Virus record (IMG/VR): IMGVR_UViG_3300032242_001844
Reading direction: 5' to 3' (one strand)
Origin: a virus
DNA length: 64,000 nucleotides
Shown: one piece after another, positions 9,967 to 21,000 of the stretch
Numbering within the stretch: the first letter of the stretch is position 1
Layout: every line of letters begins with the position of its first letter
Made by a program: the position numbers and the translations under genes
Notes under the pieces: generated by a model
What the model saw: the letters and a program-made list of their open reading frames with translations, nothing else
Told to the model about the DNA's origin: nothing
Databases searched by the model: none

Positions 9967-11561
9967 TGGCTATTTCACAAACACAGATTGTTGATTATTT
10001 GCTGAAAAAAGTTGGTTATGGTGTTGCCAAGACTGATACTAGTACAGCTAAAGGTCCAAGTAACGAATCTAATGCTAGTCCACTATTAAGTCCTGGCTCT
10101 ACTATTTGGCAACAGGATTTTTTAATTCCAAGTGTTAGTACATTGCCAACATCAAATAGTGCAGTTGTTACAGTTTATAGTGATACTCTTTCTACTACTG
10201 TTCAATCAGTAAACTTAGCAGAAAGCACCACTAATCAAACTTGGGCAACTGGGTTAACAAACTGGATTCCAACGCAATATGGTTCTGGATATCAATTAAA
10301 ACTATATGCAGCACCAAGTGGTAATAGTGCACCACAAACATATGGTGTATCTCTTCCACAAGCAGGTAGCGGAAACAGTGATAGCTGGTATTTTGATTAT
10401 CAATCGGGTATTCTTAATTTTGCAGATACAAATGTTCCTACTGCAGTAACTTGGAATGGATCGACTGGAAATGTTGTTTATGTTGTTGGTGCTAGATATA
10501 CAGGCGCAAGCGGTATAACTACATTTGCATCGCCAATTACTTTCAGCAACACGGTAACATTCAATGGAAATGTTGTTGCAGCAAATATAGCGGCAAATTA
10601 TATTAATGCCAATTTAATTACTAATAACATAACAACATATGGAACTAATGGAAATATTAATATTAACCCGCCTGGTTCTGGGATAACTGCAATTTATAGC
10701 AACACTGGATTGCTTGTTCCAGTAGGTACTACTTCAAACTATCCATCAACTAATGTGACTGGGCTAATTCGTTGGAATACAACTTATGGATGGTTAGAAG
10801 CATATAATGGTATTTCATGGAGTCAGGTTGGTGCGAGTAGTAGCACTATTGTTACTAGTGATATCTTCACTGGTGATGGTAGCACAACTGCATTTACATT
10901 AAGTCAGTCTAATACTACACAAGGTGTTTTGGTTAGTATTAACGGTGTTATCCAAATCCCAACAACCAGCTATATAGTATCTGGAACTACGCTAACTCTT
11001 AACGAAGCCCCACTCAGCACTGATATTATCGAAGCAAGAAGTTATACTACAACTAGTCAGATAACCAGTATAGTCAACAATCCTGCGTCAGTTACTGCAT
11101 ATAGTAATGGAAATGTTGCTATTGGCGGAAATGTAACAGTAAGTGGTTCATATGGTATCACTATTCCAAATCGTCCAGCATGTCGTGTGTATGGCGTTAA
11201 TAGTTATGCTTGGTCTAGCACTATCAGTGGTGTGGCTATAGATTATAATCAAGGTAGTTATTATAACAATAATACTGGTCAATTTACAGCACCAATTACT
11301 GGATTATATCAAGTATATTTTAATGCTCGTGCGGGGTCAACAGCATCTCTTAGTCAAGCGGGTGTGTTTAAAAATGGACTTACATCATCGGGTAATATTG
11401 CTGTATTTTGGGAAATTACTACTAATGCTACTCAAACAACACACTTTGGTGGGTCAAGTGTTGTTAAATTAACAGCAGGTGATTATCTTGTTGCAAAGTG
11501 CATTACTGGAACTGTTAATTTTGATGGGAGTGATAACTGGGGTGTAGCTTACATTGGCTAA
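9966..11561 (+). CDS. Tail protein with C-terminal C1q/TNF-like domain
   Basis: GQFTAPITGLYQVYF and VVKLTAGDY C1q-type motifs. Confidence 0.7.
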   Translation: MAISQTQIVDYLLKKVGYGVAKTDTSTAKGPSNESNASPLLSPGSTIWQQDFLIPSVSTLPTSNSAVVTVYSDTLSTTVQSVNLAESTTNQTWATGLTNWIPTQYGSGYQLKLYAAPSGNSAPQTYGVSLPQAGSGNSDSWYFDYQSGILNFADTNVPTAVTWNGSTGNVVYVVGARYTGASGITTFASPITFSNTVTFNGNVVAANIAANYINANLITNNITTYGTNGNININPPGSGITAIYSNTGLLVPVGTTSNYPSTNVTGLIRWNTTYGWLEAYNGISWSQVGASSSTIVTSDIFTGDGSTTAFTLSQSNTTQGVLVSINGVIQIPTTSYIVSGTTLTLNEAPLSTDIIEARSYTTTSQITSIVNNPASVTAYSNGNVAIGGNVTVSGSYGITIPNRPACRVYGVNSYAWSSTISGVAIDYNQGSYYNNNTGQFTAPITGLYQVYFNARAGSTASLSQAGVFKNGLTSSGNIAVFWEITTNATQTTHFGGSSVVKLTAGDYLVAKCITGTVNFDGSDNWGVAYIG

Positions 11562-11656
11562 CAACATAGTTATAAAATGAACTGATTATTAAATACTGAT
11601 ATTGCACAGTATTTCAAACTAATATAGTGCTAAATATCTTAGTCAGGAGCATATAA

Positions 11657-14600
11657 ATGTCGTATACTATTACCCACGCAAATGGAACCAATCCTATTGT
11701 AATCGCAGATGGTACAGTGGATACAAGTACTAGCATTGCATTGGTGGGAAAAAATACTCCAAGCTATGGTCAGTACCTAGATCAAAATTTCCTTAATATG
11801 TTAGAAAATTTTGCTAACACAACATCGCCAATTAGTCCAATAACTGGGCAAATTTGGTATGATGCTGGAAATGCAGTATTAAAAGTTTATAATGGCTCCG
11901 TTTTTAAAAATATTGCATCTGCAACAGCAAGTGCCTCTGCCCCAGTTAATCCAGTTATCGGTGATCTTTGGTTTAATACAACAAATAATCCAAATCAGTT
12001 AAATTGCTATAATGGTAGTTCTTGGGTCACAATTGGTCCTGTTACGGGAACTGGACAGGTGCAAGGTGAAATTCTTTATGAAAGTAACGCAACCGCACAT
12101 AATGTTATTAGTTTCTTTATTGGTAGTTCAAGATATGCAATCTTAAACAAAGATCAAGCATTTACTCCTAATGTTTCTATTAGCGGATTTAGTATCGTTA
12201 ATCCCGGTCTTAATATAGCAAGTTCTGCTACGGTTTCAAACAATAAATTTTGGGGACAATCAAGCGATAGTGCTGCTCTTGGTGGCGTTACTGCAGCTAG
12301 CTTTATGCGCGCTGATCAGCTTACTAGTACTGTAGGCACTTTAAGTGTTCTTAATAACACAGGTTTATATATTGGTGCTACAAGTCAAGCATCGCTTGGG
12401 ATTTCAAGCAATGAATTTCGTATTGATAATACGCTAAACAATGGTGTAATCAGACTTCGTAACAGAACAAGCGTTGGCGCGGTGCAAAACGCTTTTGATG
12501 TTCTTGGCAACGGATATTCTTCAGTAAATTATGATTTATTAGTTTCTGGTAATTTATCATTAACAAATACAAGTAGCAATTTGCGAATGGCAGCTACTAC
12601 TATAAGCACAAATACAACAACTGGCGCGATTACAGTAGCTGGTGGTGTAGGTATAGTTGGACAGTTAAATGTTGGTGGAGCCACAAATATATTTGGTGGA
12701 ACAATATCTGCAACTGGAATTAGTAGCAGCGGTACAGCTACAGTAACAGGAAATGTTACGGCTGGAAATGTTAATACTGGAAATATAGCGGCAACTGGTA
12801 ATATTACAACAAGCGGTTATATAGTTGGCACTATTATTGGTTCTATTTCAACCCCATCAATTGACAATACTCCAATTGGACAATTAGGACCAGCAGCGGG
12901 TAAGTTTACTACTCTTGTTGCAACTACTAGTACAACTTCTTATGGAACAATTGCTGGTCCAACTCTAAATGCACAAACCATTGGTAACAGTGGTGCTAAC
13001 TTTACTGGTGCTACGGTGGTTCTTACTGGTGGTATGGCACTTAATAGCAATGCTACTATTACTACAGACCAAGCAACTGCTCAAGTATTTAATTTAAGTT
13101 CAACCACTGTAAATATGGGCGGTGCAGCAACTTCGGTGAACATTGGTTCAGCAACTGGAACAACTACTGTTAATAATAACTTAAAAGCATCAAGTTTAAC
13201 TGCAACGAGTGGTGGACAGCATATTGGTTATCACACTGGTGCAATAGGTGCAAATGGCGCAAACAGCGGTTCATTTACAACCGTTGTAACAACTGGTAAC
13301 ACATATAGTGGCGGTAACATTATTGCTGCTAGTGGAACAGGCAGTTCAAGCACTACTACTGGCGCACTTGTTGTTAGTGGTGGCGCAGGTGTTAGCGGAT
13401 CGGTAGTTGCTGGCGCAATTGTGTCGGCTAACATTGGTCCTGCAACAAGCACACAGTTAAAATTTGGAATAAATGGACAAACACCAGTCTATATTGATAC
13501 AACTGGTAACTTGAATGTTGTTGGTAATACTACACTTATATCAACTGGCGCTGGTACGCTATTTGTAAAAGATTCAACAGGTGCTGGCAGCGGTACAATT
13601 AATTCATCTGCAACTGCAGTTGGTATAGGCAGTTATACAAATACTCAGTATAACCTATTACAAAATAACCAAACAAGAGCATTTATTGATACACAGGGAA
13701 ATGTTAATATATCTACAAACCTAGTTGTTAATGGTCAATTACAAGTTCTTGGCACAATAACTTCCGCTGGAAGTAGCACTATTACTACTTCAAATAAAAA
13801 CCTTACACTTGCTAATAACCAAAGTACAACAACTGGTGTTGATGGTGCTGGTATATATCTAGGCAATACTGGTGTATCACCTTATCCTGGAGTGGTTAAC
13901 TGGACATTTAGTTTTGCAAATCTTGCTTGGGTAAGCACCAATCATATAATACCTACTCTTAATAGCACTTATAATTTAGGATCAGCAAGTTATAGTTGGA
14001 ACTCAATATATGGAACTATAGCAACTGCGGCACAACCAAGCATTACAAGCGTTGGTACACTAACCAGTGCAACAGTAAGTGGAACAACTAACCTACAGGG
14101 CACAACAAACGGCGCTACTATCAATGCTACTAATTTGCTTGCAACAACAATAGGCAACACTGCCGCTGCAATTAATGGTAACTTAGCTAATTTTTCTGCG
14201 GTTTATGCTGGAACAATTGGCAACACTGGCGCAAATCACTTTGGTGCTACTGTTGTAACAACGGGAAATGTGTACAGCGGCGGTAATATTATTGCTGCGG
14301 CAACCACATTAAGTAGTTCTACGACAACTGGTTCTATTGTTGCCAAGGGTGGTGTTGGTATTGCTGGTGACTTAAACCTCGGTGGAAATGCTAAATTTGG
14401 TGGAGCATATTCAGAATATGTGACTATAAACCTATCTGCTGGCGCAACATATACTGTTGATTGGTCAGCAAGCAATGTATTTGAAGTACAACTTAATAAT
14501 AATACCACTTTTTCATTTACTAATCCACCAGCAAGCGGGTATGCACAAACAGTTACTATTATTTTAAAGCAAGATAGTGTTGGTGGAAGAACAGCAACTT

Positions 14601-14743
14601 GGCCATCTAGTGTTCGATGGTCTGGCGGTTCAGCACCAGTATTAACAACCAGCCCATATTATTATGATGTAGTTACATTCATTACATTTAATGGCGGTAC
14701 AACTTATCTTGGTGCGTTCTCAATGTCAAGCGTTGCTCAATAA
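11657..14743 (+). CDS. Tail fibre protein
   Basis: N-terminal LVGKN..YG..NFLNMLENFA module typical of large-phage fibres; STTTGALVVxGG repeats. Confidence 0.7.
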   Translation: MSYTITHANGTNPIVIADGTVDTSTSIALVGKNTPSYGQYLDQNFLNMLENFANTTSPISPITGQIWYDAGNAVLKVYNGSVFKNIASATASASAPVNPVIGDLWFNTTNNPNQLNCYNGSSWVTIGPVTGTGQVQGEILYESNATAHNVISFFIGSSRYAILNKDQAFTPNVSISGFSIVNPGLNIASSATVSNNKFWGQSSDSAALGGVTAASFMRADQLTSTVGTLSVLNNTGLYIGATSQASLGISSNEFRIDNTLNNGVIRLRNRTSVGAVQNAFDVLGNGYSSVNYDLLVSGNLSLTNTSSNLRMAATTISTNTTTGAITVAGGVGIVGQLNVGGATNIFGGTISATGISSSGTATVTGNVTAGNVNTGNIAATGNITTSGYIVGTIIGSISTPSIDNTPIGQLGPAAGKFTTLVATTSTTSYGTIAGPTLNAQTIGNSGANFTGATVVLTGGMALNSNATITTDQATAQVFNLSSTTVNMGGAATSVNIGSATGTTTVNNNLKASSLTATSGGQHIGYHTGAIGANGANSGSFTTVVTTGNTYSGGNIIAASGTGSSSTTTGALVVSGGAGVSGSVVAGAIVSANIGPATSTQLKFGINGQTPVYIDTTGNLNVVGNTTLISTGAGTLFVKDSTGAGSGTINSSATAVGIGSYTNTQYNLLQNNQTRAFIDTQGNVNISTNLVVNGQLQVLGTITSAGSSTITTSNKNLTLANNQSTTTGVDGAGIYLGNTGVSPYPGVVNWTFSFANLAWVSTNHIIPTLNSTYNLGSASYSWNSIYGTIATAAQPSITSVGTLTSATVSGTTNLQGTTNGATINATNLLATTIGNTAAAINGNLANFSAVYAGTIGNTGANHFGATVVTTGNVYSGGNIIAAATTLSSSTTTGSIVAKGGVGIAGDLNLGGNAKFGGAYSEYVTINLSAGATYTVDWSASNVFEVQLNNNTTFSFTNPPASGYAQTVTIILKQDSVGGRTATWPSSVRWSGGSAPVLTTSPYYYDVVTFITFNGGTTYLGAFSMSSVAQ

Positions 14744-14758
14744 TAAAGGAAGTTACCG

Positions 14759-16096
14759 ATGGTTAGAGCAATTCTTCTTAATACTAGAGTAAATGGCGGA
14801 TCAGCAACTTTTAATACTAGCTCAACTTGGACTGCCCCATTCAAGGTTACTAAGGTAACTCTTACTGGTCGTGGCGGCAATGGTGGCAGTGGCGGTTATG
14901 GTGGCAACGGTGGTTATGGCGGACAAGGTGGAACTGGCAGCACGGGCGCTCCTGGAAATATAGGAAATGCGGGTGTTGGTGGTCCTGGAGGTATCGGCGG
15001 CAAAGGTGGCGGTGGTGGTGGCGGTGGATCAAACGCTGGTGCGCCTGGCGGAGCAGGTGGAGAAACTGGCGGAAATGCTGGTGGGTCAGGTCATTCGGTT
15101 GACAACGACTTTACCTATCAGAACGGCGGAACTGGCGGTTCTACTGGATATAGTACAGGTGGAAATGGCGGCAGGGGCGGTGATGCAGGTAACAACACAC
15201 CCAGAAGTTATTTTCAAGGTGGCGGCGGTGGTGGCGGTGGCGCAGGTAGCCCAGCACCAAATAGTTGGACAGGACAAGCGGGAACTGCTGGTACTGCAGG
15301 TGCAAGTGGTAATGTTGGATCGGTTGGAATAGTCGGTGGAACTGCACAGCCTGGCAGTGTTGGTGGCGCAGGAAATGCAACTAATTTTGGACAAAATGTT
15401 AGTTTTCCTGGCGGTACTGGCGGAAATGCAGGTGCTGCTGGTACAGGTGGAACTGCAGGAACTGCTGGCGGGGCTGGCAGTGGTGGTGCTGCTGGCAATG
15501 CAGGAACGCCTGGAAATGCAGGTTCACCAGGCGGCGCGGGTGGCGGTGGTGGAGGAGGAGGCGTTGGACTCAGTGATTTAGGTCGTGGTGATCCAGGTCG
15601 AATTGGCGTACCTGGAAACGCTGGTGCTCAAAATACTGGCGTAGGTGCCAGTGGAAATGGCGGCAGCGGTGGAATAGGCATTGAAGATGGAAGTCCTGGC
15701 GCTCCTGGCGCTCCTGGAAATGCTGGAACAGCAGGTGCGCCTGGAAACGCAGGAACGCCTGGCACAACATTTGGTCTAGGAACTGCAGGAAATGCTGGCG
15801 GTGCTGGCGGTGCAGGTAATTCTGGCGGAGCTGGCGGAGCTGGCGGAAATTCACCAAGTAATACTAATAATAACAATGTAACACCATTTACTACATATGC
15901 AGTTACTATTGGCACTGGTGGAAATGCAGGAACAGGTGGTGCTGGTGGCAATGGCGGTGCTGGTGGACCTGGCGGTACATCTGTTGTAAATACAGGTGCA
16001 ACTGGAGCGCCTGGCGCTGCTGGAAATCAAGGATCAGCAGGAAATGCAGGAAACAGTGGCACAATAACAATTTCATGGGCTAATCAAGGTCCATAA
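14759..16096 (+). CDS. Glycine-rich, G-X-Y (collagen/PGRS-like) repeat protein
   Basis: Long GNAGTPGNAGSPG-type triplet runs. Confidence 0.7.
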   Translation: MVRAILLNTRVNGGSATFNTSSTWTAPFKVTKVTLTGRGGNGGSGGYGGNGGYGGQGGTGSTGAPGNIGNAGVGGPGGIGGKGGGGGGGGSNAGAPGGAGGETGGNAGGSGHSVDNDFTYQNGGTGGSTGYSTGGNGGRGGDAGNNTPRSYFQGGGGGGGGAGSPAPNSWTGQAGTAGTAGASGNVGSVGIVGGTAQPGSVGGAGNATNFGQNVSFPGGTGGNAGAAGTGGTAGTAGGAGSGGAAGNAGTPGNAGSPGGAGGGGGGGGVGLSDLGRGDPGRIGVPGNAGAQNTGVGASGNGGSGGIGIEDGSPGAPGAPGNAGTAGAPGNAGTPGTTFGLGTAGNAGGAGGAGNSGGAGGAGGNSPSNTNNNNVTPFTTYAVTIGTGGNAGTGGAGGNGGAGGPGGTSVVNTGATGAPGAAGNQGSAGNAGNSGTITISWANQGP

Positions 16097-16115
16097 ACAT
16101 AACACGGAGAGACAT

Positions 16116-16424
16116 ATGAGTATCACAAAAATTAAAGACATTTATCTTTGCACAGGTCTGTATGAAGACAACAATGAAAATAGAAAATCATATGATTGGT
16201 TAAAGGCAAATAATATTGAATTTACTCATCTTTCATATTGGGACCCGGTGCAACATGCAGACCTTTTTGCAAATTATAGTACTTGGATACCGGGGTTAGT
16301 TGTTGACAAATTTCCATTTGTACATTATACTGAAGTTACTGATGATTCTACCAATAAACCAGTTTTTCTAATAGGGTATGATGCATTGGCTAGCAGCAAT
16401 TTAATTGAACTCACTCAACTTTAA
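16116..16424 (+). CDS. Hypothetical protein, possible glutaredoxin-like fold
   Basis: SD ggaga; WLKANNIEF...FPFV pattern. Confidence 0.4.
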   Translation: MSITKIKDIYLCTGLYEDNNENRKSYDWLKANNIEFTHLSYWDPVQHADLFANYSTWIPGLVVDKFPFVHYTEVTDDSTNKPVFLIGYDALASSNLIELTQL

Positions 16425-16639
16425 TGGTAAATACCCATGAGTTTGATGCACATAGAATGATGATTGTCATGAAGTGTTTTGATAAACTTCCTGCAGAATT
16501 GCGAGAATGGGTCTCAAATCTTCACTTTTCACTTCATGACGATCATATACTTCGCGGTGAAAAAGAAATAAGAAACTGCAAAGCATATGTTGAATCAAAT
16601 GGTACCATTACATACAGACAAGGCAATGGTCAAAACTGA
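16424..16639 (+). CDS. Hypothetical protein (DUF6525-like)
   Basis: FDKLPAELREW motif. Confidence 0.45.
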   Translation: MVNTHEFDAHRMMIVMKCFDKLPAELREWVSNLHFSLHDDHILRGEKEIRNCKAYVESNGTITYRQGNGQN

Positions 16640-16654
16640 TGAAAGTATTCAACT

Positions 16655-17374
16655 ATGCTAAAATCGTTCTTTGGAAAGAACAATCAAATAAAATTTATTT
16701 GTCATGAAGAAGATTGGGGCGTAATTCCTAAGCCTTATTCAAGTAAAAAATATATACCTGATTGGTTCAAGCATCTTCCGATGCGAGTTAACGAAGAAGA
16801 AAAATTAAAAAATTCAACAGTAAAACGCTGCATACCATTCTTAGATGCAATGAGCATTGGTTATATTATTCCACTTGCAGCGGATGTTGAAATTGTAACT
16901 AATGAAGATGCAAGTGGTGTTGAATATAAAACAAATTTTTATAAAGAAATAATAACAAATCATAATAAAAAACAAGTAACTACTAGAAAAACACCAGCCC
17001 CCCACTCAGATTTTCCACCAATGAAATTTATGAATTACTGGTTGATTCAAACTCCGCCAGGCTGGAGTACGCTGTTTATTCCGCCTATTAATCGCGAAGA
17101 TTCTAACTTTACTTGCTTTGGTGGATTAGTAGATACTGACAAATATTTTGAATTTATAAATTTCCCATTTATTTTTAAAAAACCAAACTTTACTGGTATA
17201 TTGCAAGCTGGAACGCCGTTAGTTCAAGCTATACCTATTAAAAGAAGTGAATTACTAAACAAAAATGAAATTGCTAAATTTAGTAAAAAAGATTATGATA
17301 AACAAAAATTAGTTCAACGACAAATGGCTTCGCACGAAAGTTACTATCGTGATCAATTAGTGGAGAAAAAATAA
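16655..17374 (+). CDS. Conserved phage protein (DUF6065-like beta-barrel)
   Basis: TVKRCIPFLDAM, TPPGWSTLF, GTPLVQAIP motifs. Confidence 0.55.
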   Translation: MLKSFFGKNNQIKFICHEEDWGVIPKPYSSKKYIPDWFKHLPMRVNEEEKLKNSTVKRCIPFLDAMSIGYIIPLAADVEIVTNEDASGVEYKTNFYKEIITNHNKKQVTTRKTPAPHSDFPPMKFMNYWLIQTPPGWSTLFIPPINREDSNFTCFGGLVDTDKYFEFINFPFIFKKPNFTGILQAGTPLVQAIPIKRSELLNKNEIAKFSKKDYDKQKLVQRQMASHESYYRDQLVEKK

Positions 17375-17973
17375 TGTATACCTTTTTACCATCGCCGTCA
17401 TTCGCATTGGCAACATCATTTGCAACTTGGGAAAAAGGTTTCAATGACGATGAAATTGATGAAATAATTCGTCTTGGTGAAATTCGTAGACCAAATGAAG
17501 CAAAAGTTGGTAGCACTGACGATCTCAAAGTCAATGAAACTGTTCGTAAAAGTAAAGTAAGTTGGCTTACAAATGAAGATGAAACACTATGGGTATACGA
17601 TAGATTGGCTTTTATAGCTAGAAAGTTAAATGGTCAATTTTTTAATTTTGATCTATTTGGTTTTGCTGAAGCACTACAATATACGATATATGATGGAACA
17701 GAAAACGGTCACTATGATGCGCATGTCGATATTTCAGGGCCAGGCGGTGATTTGCCACAACGAAAGCTAAGTTTAGTCTTACAGCTTAGCGATCCTGAAA
17801 AGTATGAAGGCGGCGAGCTACAAATATATTCAGATACTGAACCAACTAGTGTTAAGAAGCAAAAAGGGTTAGTTGTAGCATTTCCAAGCTATCTGCTACA
17901 TAAAGTTACGCCAGTTACAAGCGGAGTTCGTAGAACTTTGGTTACTTGGACAAGTGGACCAGCCTTTCGCTAA
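17374..17973 (+). CDS. 2OG-Fe(II) oxygenase, prolyl-4-hydroxylase/PKHD type
   Basis: HVD...RKLS...YEGGEL...FPSYLLHKVTPVTSGVRRTLV. Confidence 0.9.
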   Translation: MYTFLPSPSFALATSFATWEKGFNDDEIDEIIRLGEIRRPNEAKVGSTDDLKVNETVRKSKVSWLTNEDETLWVYDRLAFIARKLNGQFFNFDLFGFAEALQYTIYDGTENGHYDAHVDISGPGGDLPQRKLSLVLQLSDPEKYEGGELQIYSDTEPTSVKKQKGLVVAFPSYLLHKVTPVTSGVRRTLVTWTSGPAFR

Positions 17974-18032
17974 GTTTAACTTAATAAAAATAGTTCTGAG
18001 ACCATAAATACTTCTATCGGAGTATATGGATA

Positions 18033-21000
18033 ATGGCGCTCACAAGAGTAAGAAATAACCAAGTTTATAACAGTGATATCAATGCTGCCACTAAACTTCA
18101 GCCAGCCAGCATAACAGGCGGCTTATTAGCATCAAACTTTACATATAGTGGAAACCTAACTGTTGGAAATTTAACAGTTAATGGTCTTACTACAACAGTT
18201 GATACTACAAACTTGGTAATTGCCGATCCATTAGTTGTTGTTAATAGAAACCAAAGCGGTAGTCCAAGCTATGATCTTGGGTTTATTTTTGGTCGTGGTA
18301 ACCAAACAAATACTGCTATGATTTGGGAAGAAGCTGCGCAGCAGTTTCAGCTACAGTATACAAGTGAATCTACTGCTGGTACAACCTTTGGTACAATCAA
18401 TAATAGTGGATTTGCTAACCTTCAAGTTTATGGTTTAGCTGCAGGTAATGCTACTATTACATCGGTAAACTTTACAAACGCAACTTTACCAAATGTTCGT
18501 ATTACTGGTGGATATATTGATGGTACTGCAATTGGCGCAAATACTCCAAACACTGTTGTTGCTACATCAGTAACAACAAGCAGTGGTGGACAAATATCTG
18601 GTTATCTAACAGGCGCAATTGGTGCCAATAGTGCAAATACTGGTGCGTTTTCAACATTAACTACTACTAGCACAATAATTTCACAGGGAACTATCACTGG
18701 CGCTGGCCAAGTTATTGCTTATTTTAATGGTGCAATCGGCGCAAATGGCGCAAACACTGGTTCATTTACAACTGTTGTAACAACTGGTAATACATATAGT
18801 GGCGGTAACATTATTGCTGCATCTACTACTGCAGCTACAACTATAACAACTGGTTCACTTGTTGCTAAAGGTGGTGCTGGCATCGCTGGACAGCTTGTAG
18901 TTGGCACTGGTCTTGGTCTTGCTGGCAACGGCACAATTTATACAAGCAGTACAACTGCAACTGTATTCAATACTATTTCTACAACTGTAAACGCATTTGG
19001 TGCTGCAACTACTGCAAGTATCGGCGCAACAACTGGTACTACAACAATTAATAATAACTTAAAAGCACCTAGCTTTACAGCAAGTGCTGGTGGTAACATA
19101 GCTGGTTATTTTATTGGTGCAATTGGTGCTAATACTGCAAACAGCGGAGCATTTACAACTGTTACTACTACAGGTGGTATTGCTCTCAATACCAACGCTA
19201 GCATCGTGACAGACCAAACTACAGCAAGTGTATTCAATACTGGCGTGACAACACTTAATCTTGGTCAAGCTGCAACTACAATTAATATGGGTCTTAACGG
19301 TGCAAGTTCTGTATATGTTGCTGGTACTGCAAACTCTTATGGCAGTGGCCAAGGCGCATTACAAATCACAGGTGGATTCTATGCTGGCGGTGATTCTTAT
19401 ATTGCAGGTAATCTTGTGGTTGCTAACCTAACAAGTCTTGGTTATACTGCATTGAGTGTTAACTCACCAATGGTATATCTTGATGCAACAGGTATCACTA
19501 ATTACAATTATGAAATTGGTTTTTATAGCCACAAATATGATGCGATTGAAGGATATAACCATACTGGTTTGCTAAGAAACCACATTGACAATGCTTGGTA
19601 TTTCTTCAGCAATCTTCGCAGTGAACCTACTGGTTCTGCTGATCTTGCAAACTCATATCTGATATATGATACTGTAAAAGTTGGTAACCTTATTGCACTT
19701 AGTGGAAATGCAGCAACTTCTACCACAACTGGCGCGTTAGTTATCAGTGGCGGCGCTGGTATTTCTGGTTCTCTGTATGCTGGAAGCATCCAAAATACAC
19801 CAATTGGTTCTACTACTGCATCAACTGGTGCATTTACTACAATTACAACAACCAGCACTATTAATTCACAAGGAACAGTGAGTGCTCCTACTGTCAACGC
19901 TGGTACATTTGGCAACAGTGGCGCAGTGTTTACTGGCGCAAGCCAAACTCTTACTGGAAATGTTAATGCACAGAACTTTAATGGTGGTAACGCTGCTACT
20001 GTTGGCTATCTTATTGCCAATAGTGGAACAAATAGCACATCTACTGGTACTGGTGCACTGCAAGTTCAAGGCGGCGTAGGCGTTACTGGTAACATTTATC
20101 TTGGCAGCAATGTGTTTGCTGGCACACTTTCATATAGCGATACGAACATCAAGTATGTGGGACAACAGAATTATAATGGTTATATTCAAAGCATTTTACA
20201 AAATACTAACAATGGTTCATCAGCAAGTAGTGACTTTATCGTAAACAACGATCAAAGCACTGCATCAACATACTATGGTGACTTTGGTATAAACAGCAGT
20301 GGATTTAGCGGAAGCGGTTCACTTAGTGCCCCAAACAATGTTTATCTAACCGCAACTAGCAGTGATCTTGTTCTAGGAACAACCACTAGCAACGCTATTC
20401 GTTTTGTTATAAACGGCGGAACTACCGACTCACTTATCATTGATACAACTGGCAATGTCGTAGTTCAAGATAACACAGCATCTACAAGTTCAACAACTGG
20501 TGCGCTTGTTGTTCAAGGCGGTGCTGGTATAGTTGGAAGTATCTATAGCGGAGCAAATATCACTGCTGCAACGGCTACTATTGCGCCAACTGCGTATGCA
20601 AGCAGTATGTATCCATATGCAAATACAGGCGATATAAGTGTTTATACAGTTGGCAATTCTAATTTAAATGTTAACTTTAACCAGTTTGCTGCAAACCTTG
20701 TTGTACATGGCGCTAGTGCATCTGGATATCAAAATCTGCTTGTTACAAACGGTGTAACTGGACAGGTTGGTATCAAGATTGCGCCAAACCAAATAACTGG
20801 TAACGCTAGCTTACAAATAAATTCAACCGATAGTATTATATTGCCCAACGGTTCAACTGCACAGCGTCCAAGTAATGGCGTTGCAGGTATGTTCCGTTAT
20901 AATAATAACACTAACCAGTTAGAATATTATAGTTCAGGTTCATCTTCTTGGGTAAGTTCAAGTGGTGCATTTACAACTGTATCAGAAGATAGCTTTACTG

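Noticed and set aside
14759-16096. Mycobacterial PE-PGRS gene or contamination
   Set aside because: No PE domain; codon style and operon context match the phage
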